Below, piece by piece: positions 12,655 through 21,378 of a stretch of DNA of 64,000 nt (the stretch's first letter is position 1; every line of letters begins with the position of its first letter). Both the position numbers and the translations under genes were made by a program. The stretch is taken from NCBI GenBank assembly GCA_051362555.1, contig CM120648.1, positions 8,552,587-8,616,586 on the forward strand, read 5' to 3'. Origin of the DNA: Lingula anatina. Lineage: Eukaryota > Animalia > Brachiopoda. The notes beneath the pieces are model-generated. The model saw only the letters and a list, made by a program, of their open reading frames with translations. It was not told the DNA's origin and ran no database searches.

Positions 12655-15600
12655 ATGTCAATCCTAAGAATCATTCTTGTAACTTAACAAAATACAGAAA
12701 ATGTTAAAAGTAAGAGTACAGGGCTCCTGGCAGATGGGAGTGATAAGTCACGACTTGAAAATGCCAGTATAGCACTCTATAAACCTGCATTGCCTCCAAA
12801 ACAGAAAACAATCACACTGGTTTTCAAACACAAGCTGCACTTCTGTCTTATGAAACTTTTCAGTAAGTTTCAGCATCGTAAGTAACATGGTTTTTCCCTT
12901 AACCGCTATCCTGGCAGCAGTGTCCAAAATAGGGTTTTCTTCAACTTTCATGCAATAAACCATAATACTTAACAGCATAATGACCATCAAATTTTTTATA
13001 AAAAAATAAAAGTATCATGAATATTCAGAAAATGTGATTTGGGAAGGTCTTCAAGGCCATGGAAGTTCAGAGTCACACTTTCAAAATGCCAAAATGTAAA
13101 CAAGAGATAACTGTACTGAAATGATTTTCTTTCCATTTTCAACACCTTTTCTAAAACAAAATGATCAATAAACTGTCATTTTTAAATGTTCAACTAGGAA
13201 AATTGTTGACATAGGAAAACTATCAATAGAACAATTTTCAATGTCCAATTTGCTCCATTTGCAAATGCTGAACATGGTGAATGATTAAATCTGACAAACT
13301 GCAATGATGAGTTCCTTTCCATTTATGATACTTTATTACACAATGCACAATATTATAACAGGTTTACCGTCATTTTTATATAATCAACAATATTGTTAAG
13401 AAGCAGAAAATGTCAAAACAACACTTTTACATATCTTATTAGTTCCATAATGAGACTGTTAACATGCCTAAGAATTAAATCTGAAGAAATAACAATTATA
13501 TACAAAAATACAGAAAATGCACAGCACTTCTGGTGGATGGGAGTAAAAAATCACATCTTGAAGATGCTAGTGTTTGAAAAATAATTTAAAAAAAAATTAA
13601 AAAAAAAAAACGTAAAATATTCCAATAAAGCTGCTATTCAAACTTTTAATCTAGCTGTATTAACTTGATATTAATAACCCCACCAAGTTTGAGAAAAATA
13701 AAGCACTGTTATTCATCTATAGCATGTTGGCATAACACATTCTTTTTGTTGTAAATTTATTTGCAATGTTTAACACCATTTATCTGCACAATTATCACCA
13801 AATCCTAATTTTGTGACACAGTTAAGAGAGCTAAACCTATGGGACTTTACAGGGAAATCTCAAGGAGTGTTTTATGTAATCTCATTTAATGGCCAATTGA
13901 AAATTAATGAGTAGGCAAGTGACTTTATAGACCTTAATTTAATTAGTGATCACCCAAGGGACAATTTTATAGACTGCCATCCATACAGTACCATCATATA
14001 GCACAAAGGTGTTGCATACATGCTGAAAAAAGTGAAAAACAGCATTACTTCCCTAAAAATGACCCAATCACGCCGATTTTCAAACTTGACCTGCGTATTA
14101 TGAATATTCATCAGTTCTGTAAGTTTGAAACCAAAAGGTAAAATGGTTTTCCACTTATCTTGTTATCGGTGCTGCATATATGCTGAAAAAAGTGAAAAAA
14201 CAGCATAAATTCCCTATAAGTGACCCGATCATGCTGATTTTCGAACTTGACCTGCGTATTACGAATATTCATCAGTTCTGTAAGTTTCAAGCCAAAAGAA
14301 AAAAACAGTTTTCCACTTATCGTGTTATCGGTAAAAGTGCACGGCGACGACGGCGACGGCGACGACAGACGCAGATGACGGCTATATGTAAAGACACATC
14401 TGTGTCTGTACATAAAAAGCTAGCTATTGATCATTGTAAAAAAAAAATTCACCAGGTAAAATTCACTCAGTATTAAAATTCATCTTAAAAACGGGATGAG
14501 TTAAATTTCATAATTGTCAGGGGCCGAAGACCCAGATATATCGCACCTAAGCCGCCTCCGAGAGCCATACGGTTCATACTAGTAAATTTATTCTCAGATA
14601 TAAGGTTCGTTTTGCATACCTGTAAACTCCTAAGGGTTTATCTTACATAGAAATGTGATTTAACATCGTTTAAATCATAAATCGGCATGAAATAATTGAC
14701 GTTTGAAAACAGACACAACTTCTTTGCTGCACTTGAAATGACCTCCTTAGCTATAAATATGATCCTATCACCTTGCGACATTGCATCATTCGATCGATAT
14801 ACATGAGTAGTTGTCACTTCTGAAGGGAAAGCACGTCTATTTATAGAAACTGAAATCAGGTGACGCATGTACTGTTGTGTTCAGAGAGCGACTTCCGCTT
14901 GACCTACTTTCCAGTGCTGTTTGTGGAACAGTAGGTAATGAGTTGAGATCTCGATTTTCTTCTCATTATACTTAAATTTAAGAAAATAAAAAGCGTGACT
15001 TGTACTTGTGTAATTTCCCACCGGTACAATAGGTATTTAATAAACATACCGGGTGGAAGATTTTTGAAAAATTAATAAGCGTAGGCTACTGGGTGAAAAT
15101 GGAGCGTACCGGCGGGAAGAAATTTGGAAAATTAATTAACGTACCGGTACGTTTATTTGATACTTCAGAGTAGGAGAGCTTAATTTGATAAAAAAGACCT
15201 TTAGTTTAAAAATATGAACTTACTGAATATATAGACATCTGAGATACAACATTAGTTTCAGTTTAGTCTGCCCTTTACAGCACAACCGAGGACGCGGAAT
15301 TTGGTCTGCCCTTTACAGCACAACCGAGGACGCGTGTGTATAGCCCGATTTCAGACAAAAAGTTGGACAGTATTTCTGATACACTCGTGGCGGGAATTTG
15401 GCCCGCGCTATACAGCATAACCGAGGACTGGCTCAGAATAGCGTCAAATTTCACCACCTAACTTGAAATGGGCCCCTTTATGCATTCCACTGCTTATGTC
15501 AACCGAGGACGTCCTCGGTTGGAGGTGTGTCCTCGGTTAGTGGGTTTCGGGCGGGTGTGTGTCCTCGGTTAGAATGCGTGCACAAGAGCACACACACAGA

Positions 15601-16219
15601 CACACACATACACACACAAAAAAAGGAAAAAAATAAGAATAATTTAGTTCCCTGGATACATGTAATGCCACTGACAATGGAAGCATTGCATGCTGTATAG
15701 CAGGTTATAAAATTAAAAAAAAAACTCAAATTGGTGCATCAATCCATACAAATCGCCAATGGGAAAATATATAACGGGATGCAACAGAGGACACACAGTT
15801 TTCTTAGGACGTGGATATGTACAGCCTTGAAAGGGTGAAATGTGGCTCTACCTGTGATAAGTAGCAAGCATACAAATTACATGTAGTACAACGTACTACT
15901 ACAGGGCCAAAAACTGAGAGAAGCCCCACCCCCTTGCAAAATACCCTCATGTACTGGTGCTGTTGGTGTTACATTTAAGGCACTGTTGTTATAAGATCAG
16001 GAAAAAATAAATCACTTCATTTGTTTGAAACAGTATGTCAACTTACCTTGTTCCAGTTAGCTTAGTTAATACTCCTAACGCTCTTTTTACTGCTGGTGGA
16101 AGATCTGTACCGGGGTTGTGCTTAGGATAGGCACAGATATCTGTGTTAATATCATCAGTCATTACCACAGAAATTAAATAAAATACTACACAGTTTCTAA
16201 ATACTGTCTTCAGCTGCAT
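5774..16219 (-). CDS. M6PR: Cation-dependent mannose-6-phosphate receptor (CD-MPR), 6 coding exons, 280 aa: join(16047-16219, 7918-8081, 7452-7561, 6701-6846, 6352-6478, 5774-5896)
   Basis: All introns are GT-AG and phases are consistent (173+164+110+146+127+123 = 843 nt). Protein: signal peptide [21 protein letters not shown]; MRH domain (YEYKIGIC...VGVVQV...IGFYNDSH...[17 protein letters not shown]...AIIMIVCD...VVEEN...[14 protein letters not shown]); [27 protein letters not shown]; diagnostic tail [36 protein letters not shown]...[10 protein letters not shown]...DDHLLPM*. Confidence 0.96.
6352..6478 (-). CDS. M6PR: M6PR exon 5 (TM end and juxtamembrane tail)
   Basis: [42 protein letters not shown]; acceptor tttcag, donor gtaagt. 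Confidence 0.95.
6701..6846 (-). CDS. M6PR: M6PR exon 4
   Basis: Acceptor ccttttcag; [48 protein letters not shown]; donor gttagt. Confidence 0.93.
7115..7271. mobile_element. MITE with CAGGG-type TIRs and 5-bp TSD (hAT5-like)
   Basis: Termini cagggccggatcc / gaatccgcccctg; flanked by direct repeat CAACT at 7110-7114 and 7272-7276. Confidence 0.75.
7452..7561 (-). CDS. M6PR: M6PR exon 3
   Basis: [36 protein letters not shown] aligns with mammalian [30 protein letters not shown]. Confidence 0.93.
7918..8081 (-). CDS. M6PR: M6PR exon 2
   Basis: Acceptor ttcctttag; [54 protein letters not shown]; donor gtaagt. Confidence 0.93.
8133..8327. mobile_element. ~200-bp MITE family copy 1 (PIF/Harbinger-like)
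   Basis: TIRs cattcccacagattttagatcgatc / gatcgatcttaatctctgggaatg. The internal sequence is homologous, in opposite orientation, to the copies at 32005 and 59971. Confidence 0.85.
9620..11829 (+). repeat. Complex higher-order satellite built from ~155-bp monomers
   Basis: Monomer tgctgaaaaaa..cagcataacatttgaaagaaaagggcctggtcatgctgattttcaatcttgacc..atcagttctgtgagtttcatgaaaacagg..gaaatgtgcttacagtgttac recurs about 6 times. A larger block (catgcctgacaatcaaatctgaggaaaaccac) recurs at ~9800, ~10459 and ~11517. Confidence 0.9.
12252..12470. mobile_element. Diverged relative of the ~200-bp Harbinger-like MITE family
   Basis: Shares tagatcaatc..aactcc..gggg..cactaaattgc and gagaattccc..ggagatagatcgatc blocks with the 32005 and 59971 copies; flanks tta/taa. 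Confidence 0.5.
12910..14420 (+). mobile_element. Helentron-associated (HINE/DINE-1/pearl-like) non-autonomous element: 160-bp internal tandem units, GACG microsatellite, 3' hairpin
   Basis: Two 160-bp units start at 14021 and 14181 (ccgattttc(g/a)aacttgacc..aagtttc..gttttcc..ttatc). They are followed by cggcgacgacggcgacggcgacgacagacg, the hairpin gacaca-tc-tgtgtc (14393-14406) and an A-tract. Region 12910-13510 is a diverged paralogue of ~9260-9850. Confidence 0.65.
16047..16219 (-). CDS. M6PR: M6PR exon 1 (start codon, signal peptide)
   Basis: ATG at 16219; [57 protein letters not shown]; donor AG|gtaag, phase 2, matches exon 2. Confidence 0.85.
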
Positions 16220-16299
16220 TGTTAAAATATGTAAGCTGCACGAGAAATTATCTCCTCAGTCGAATGAAAAGTGAAAGATAGAGGAAAGTCTTGTGCACA

Positions 16300-16570
16300 T
16301 CACAACAAAATTTCACGTGACTCTTTCTCATGGTTCCTGATGTGTGCGTACTTCTGATTGGACGACTGGTCACAAAAGCAGCTCCGTCGATATAAAATTA
16401 CTAGCTATGTTGGAATTATGTAGGGCAATAGGAAAGAATTTCTATTTTTTAATATCATAAGTATCAAAAACTGATAGAGAGGGGGTGTGGTAGATTTATA
16501 GCACGTTTTTAAACACATTTAGTCACTTGGAATTCTCTGTTTGCAACGACCAATCACAGTCGATTTGACA
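16300..16570 (-). promoter_or_regulatory. Putative M6PR proximal promoter with CLEAR-like E-box and CCAAT boxes
   Basis: GTCACGTGA (minus strand, 16313-16321) lies ~95 bp upstream of the ATG. CCAAT boxes at 16357-16361 (minus) and ~16550 (plus). Confidence 0.55.
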
Positions 16571-17203
16571 TGCGTGACATTTAGGGTCTCATAATACAGA
16601 AGAGCTCGGCAGGAGAATCCGCTACGACTTCAATCGGCAATCCTCGGCTCATTCCGCAAGCTCCATACTAACTCATTGTCGAGTGCGGAGACATCCGAGT
16701 AGTTCCGAGTGCTACGACTTTGCCACGCAGGCGAACAAATGAAATATGAGAGATGAGGGCGGGATGAAAAATTTTACTTTATGAATGAAGATAAATTTAT
16801 GGTTCTCTTTTACTGTCTCCATATCTCTGCCTTTCCCTTTATTAAAAACTGTCTTTGTTTTTTGTCCTTATTTCTGTAATCTTTTTTTTTTTTTTTTCAA
16901 AAATAAGTGGGCCTATAGGCCCCACATGTAGGCCCCTATAATGTGCCGGTAGGGGCCAAAATAGATAAATGAATAAACAAATATATAATAAAATAGATAG
17001 AAATAAGTAAAATTGTATATAATTAAATGATTTTTCTCCGCACACTTGTACTAGTAGGGCCTATATTGAATAAATGGGAATACTGGTAGGCTTAATGCAT
17101 AAAGAATTAATGATAATACAATAATGATAATAGGCCTATACCCGGTGCATGTATTGAGAAGATTGCACAGTGATTGCAACCCATTGGATTTGGACTTTAA
17201 AAT

Positions 17204-18234
17204 AAATGCACGTGGAATAAAATACTATATTTTACTACTGAAAATTTAAAAGAGCATATGGAATAAAGGAGCATGAGAATCTTTTAAATTTTCAAACGAT
17301 GTCTACTGAGTATTGTTTGGTCTTCAAAAAGACAAATGGATTGCTGAATTAAGATATAATTCAGTTTGTCAGAGGGTTTGAAGTCATTTTCTAATTGAAA
17401 AATTCGCAAAGATCTTCCCTTCGTTTATCTAAAGTAGGCTAAGTATATAATGAACAGGACCAGAGCTTCATCATAAGGTAAATTAAGGGGGAATTACGTT
17501 GATCTATTAAATTAATTATTAGAATATTACTTTCGTGTGCTGTACAGGTATGGCAGGAGTGCACGTCCTAGTACTGTTACACCGACACAGACCCGCCAGG
17601 ATTTCTAAAAAAAATTACATGTATTTATAAACTGGTTAATTTATTCAAAGGCCGATAATATTTCAATCCGTCTATCCGTTTTTGGCCTCCTTTACCCAAT
17701 CAACTAATTAATCCACTTCATTAAAATTATCAATCAATTGACGATTTTCATTTTCTCCATGAGGGAAATTGCACCGTGGAAAAAAAGAGTCCTTTTAATG
17801 TCCAAACACATGGAGTGGTAGGCTACTAAGAACGTTAACCGTGCCTGGCTTTACGTGCTGTACGTGTGTCCTAATGCTACAATTCCCATAAGCGAGATCG
17901 ATACTTGGGATTTTCATATAGCTCCCAACGGCCAAGTCAGAAAAAAAAATATGGGCAGACAACATCAGTAGAGCCGGAAAGAAATGAAAGTTTAGCAGGT
18001 TTGGCCAAGAACAGGGCACCGCATTTGCGCCTAACATTTCGAAGGCGGGGAGAAAACCTCTGAATTAACTGAATTATATTTTAATTCAGCAATCCATTCG
18101 TCTTTTTTAAGACCAAACAATACTCAGTAGACATCGTGTGAAAATTTAAGACAAAAAAATCTCATGCTCCTTTATTCCATATGCTCTTTTAAATTTTCAA
18201 TAGTAAAATATATTATTTTTTTCCACGTACATTT
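17204..18234. repeat. ~170-bp inverted repeat pair (17204-17380 and 18052-18234)
   Basis: gagcatatggaataaaggagcatgaga and gatgtctactgagtattgtttggtctt reappear as reverse complements (aagaccaaacaatactcagtagacatc; tctcatgctcctttattccatatgctc). Confidence 0.9.
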
Positions 18235-18439
18235 CGAAGGCGGGGAGAAAACCTCTAACGATAGAAGACCAACGGTATTTTAATAAAAACCAGAGAGGGT
18301 TAATTGTTCTGGGAGACTTTGGCAAGACAACCGTTGCATGTCAGTGAAAAATCTAATAATACAGTAAGAGACGTCGGATGACCATTCCTACTGTTCGCCG
18401 CATTCAGACACTAATGCACTGCTAAAATTTGTGAATGAC

Positions 18440-18475
<36 letters not shown>

Positions 18476-18790
18476 TTATTTATAAATTTGGGGACAAAGT
18501 ACACGATCGTCAATAATTTTCAGAGTAATTGAAGAATATACGATTTGTAATATTATGTCGCACCGACTTGCAACAAGCAAAAAAAGTATGCAGTGGAAAA
18601 CGATGTGCGGAAAGAACATTATAAAGATATGAAGATTTAAAGATCTGAATGTTGAAGATGATAAAAAGAAAGAAAACACTTTCAGTATGAAGTTATTAAA
18701 GGAGAATCCAGAACCTGTAAAGTTTTAGACAGGGTTTGCAACTTACGAAGAAATTCAAGAACTTTCATGATTCCTTGTATCCGGATAGGC
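17841..18790 (+). pseudogene. Decayed THAP-domain DNA transposase gene (ISL2EU/PIF-Harbinger-related)
   Basis: Frameshifted translation: PGFTCC..CYNSHKRDRYLGFHIAPNGQVRKKIWADNISRAGKK*KFSR.WPRTGHRICA*HFEGGEKTSNDRRPTVF, a THAP C2CH zinc finger with the W and PT(I/V)F box. Downstream FSMKLLKENPEPVKF*TGFATYEEFKNFHDSLYP at 18681-18783 matches the 'FYTG' helix seen before DDE_Tnp_4-type domains. Confidence 0.75.
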
Positions 18791-19789
18791 CTATTACTGA
18801 TAGTTTACTATTAGAGTTCAAATTACAAAGACAGAAACACAGAGGAAAATGCAACTGGCACATGGACATGATATGGATCATATGTTGTTTTTTATTTAAT
18901 GTACAAAAGCCTTAATATTGTCTGATTAAATGTTAAAAATTATCATATGCAGACTGAATATTGTCAGTGTCCTGGCAAGAAAGGGACAATGACCGGGGAA
19001 ACCAGAACATCTGAAGGTCAAGTAACAAGAATGTAAATATTTTATAAAAATTTAAAACTGTTCCATCACAGATGGATGCCTTCAATCACAGTACACCCCT
19101 GACAAAATGATGCCAGACAAGGGGAAAATTATCTCCCATGTTTTTGCCCTCAACTTATATTGAAAATGAACTTGATGAACTGTGACGTCATTCTGGATAC
19201 ATTTTTTTAGTGCAGGTCCCCGCCCTATATAAGTGAATCGAATTACAAAAAATCCGCGAGGAAATGTTAAAATATGATTTCTTGAAATATCACTCAATAT
19301 TACACACATACACACAAACACACACACACAAACCGACCAAGCATACAAACCAACATATTCCAGAAACCCCCCAAAGGGAAATCCGAGGTACTAAAAACAA
19401 GAAAAATAATGAAAAAGAATAAAGAAAGAAGATACAAAAATGAATTCTTATTTTCGTGTTAGCGGTGGTTACAAAACTTCAAAGTTATATTTGTACACCC
19501 TAAACGTTGAAAAGAGTGCGTTTTCACCACAGATACGTAAACAAATTAATGGGTAGACGGATAAATAGACGGTTCCTCTGTCTTGTTATGTTGAAATTGT
19601 TGAATTGTAATAACAATACAAAGAACAACACTTCTCATGTGGGCTGACGATATCTAAAACAACTGTCATGGTTATACCTTGTGCGGTAAGAGAATATAAG
19701 CCTCAGATTATAATTTCAATAAGCTAAATAATCGAGTAATACCAATATCAAATTACGCACTTGTAGACTCCCTGTGGCTACAATACTGC

Positions 19790-19837
<48 letters not shown>

Positions 19838-21040
19838 GCAAGTATATAGGTCCCTTTTTTAAAAATAATATGTTTTTACGCTATTTGAAGTGATTTTCAT
19901 GAGATGTCATGCATGTATAAACCGTTGCAATTCAGGAAAACAAGTTAACTGATTTTTGAAGAACACATTGTACCAAAGCTAATGTTGCTGAAATGAGCAA
20001 TTATGTTCAGCACCTTCATTGTCTCATCAGCAAACACGCATAAAATAGATGATCACAGATCCAAATGCAGCATATATTATAGCATAATGGCGCAACAAGC
20101 GCGCCCCCTGATCTCAACAACCGCAGCGATTGATTGTGCTCAGTTGTCGCACCTAACACAATGAACACATCTGTTCTTATTTATTTACCCTCACAGAGAA
20201 TTATATTGCTTCTCGCATTGTCACATTTGGATTAACTTGCGTAGGGTATGTGCCTACGGTTATTCACCTTACACATAATATCTGGATGTGCTGCTTTTCC
20301 GTACATACCACAATATATAAATATACTTAAAGTTTTACACTGAAATAATATCCCGATTGTCGACTGCTGCACTTGGTTACTGGTAAATACAGCAAATAAC
20401 CATTTCCTTATAAAATTTAATGTATTTTTTATATGTTTGCTACCACTGATGTAAGTAATCATTTATAATAAAGTATGTCTTTGCACCAGCGAGTGTCATT
20501 CGTCCGTGTCGATTTATTGTATCTTTTATGCTGACTGTATAAATGCATTAATACACGATTAAGGCCGAGAAAAGGAGGGCAAAGTGTTAAATCCTGAACA
20601 AAACAAAATATTTACGTGCATTGTTTTTCCTACACAATAGGGACTACAATGCACTGAAGTAGGCTACGAATTTCTGTCTCTCACATTGTACCGTGCCTCA
20701 TGGTCATCAGAAGACATCACAACAATGTTCACAGCTCCTGGTATTCTCTGACCTGCAAAACGAACCCTCGTAAGTGTCATCTTCTTGTGTCCTGTGGTAT
20801 GGGTACACGACAGTAAACGAAAACAAATGATCTGCATGGTTGTATTTCCCAGTCGTAACTGTAACAATGTGCGCGAATATCCCTTCGTAGCACGAGTACA
20901 AATGGACTTATGTTCCTGTGACGGATAAGCAGAATGCGCGCTGCTTTTATTTATATGTCACACCAAGCACAATTGGTGCACCCCATCTCACCTATCGCAA
21001 TAGGCGCATGCTTCGTACCACAAGTCACAAACAGCACGTG

Positions 21041-21378
21041 CTACATTTTCGTCACCTCTTCCTCAATGGTCACCGCAGGCATGGACGCCAGTGTGTGCAT
21101 CCTTTCAAAGCGTTTCTCTCTTTCTATCATCGTAAACGACATCTGTCGGCTGTAACTCTTATAAATCACACTATCATTGGCCCGTTTTACCACTTTCACG
21201 TTCTCCAAGTTCTTTGGGGAGTGTTTATATCTGTGTTCCCTTGCCGGCAAAACTCTGAGATTGCTCCATTTACATATAAATATTGATATGGACACACCCC
21301 ATGCCAGGAGGATCATGCATATTATTAGAAGGTCCACCGGAAGAAGCATTGCGCTTGCGCGCTTTACCAGCTCGGCAT
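21041..21378 (-). CDS. FNDC4/5-like gene, terminal exon (stalk, TM, cytoplasmic tail)
   Basis: Acceptor ctactttcag; AELVKRASAMLLPVDLLIICMILLAWGVSISIFICKWSNLRVLPAREHRYKHSPKNLENVKVVKRANDSVIYKSYSRQMSFTMIEREKR...EEEVTKM*. Confidence 0.88.

Larger units (their letters stand above)
11832..15170. mobile_element. Non-autonomous TA-target (Tc1/mariner-pogo-like) TIR element, 3.3 kb, with subterminal repeats and nested inserts
   Basis: Left end ta|ctctgaagtatcgaataaaagtac; right end gtaccggtacgtttatttgatacttcagag|ta. Subterminal aataaa(a/c)gtac..ggtggaa repeats occur at both ends (11845-11990, 15020-15150). Confidence 0.7.
8628..15576. mobile_element. Putative element defined by arrays of an AACCGAGGAC motif and a 22-bp inverted repeat, split by nested insertions
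   Basis: Motif is direct at 8628, 8656, 8789, 8837, 15284, 15322, 15419 and 15501, and inverted at 15511, 15529 and 15561. cattctaaccgaggacacacac (8783-8804) is the exact reverse complement of 15555-15576. Confidence 0.5.

Noticed and set aside
14638-14868. 76-aa ORF inside the TA-flanked TIR element as a transposase
   Set aside because: No HTH or DDE motif recognisable; left unassigned.
20951-21043. Stop-codon readthrough extension of the FNDC5-like protein
   Set aside because: The TAG-CAC context is not a strong readthrough motif, the extension is short, and the TKM terminus resembles the family's natural end.
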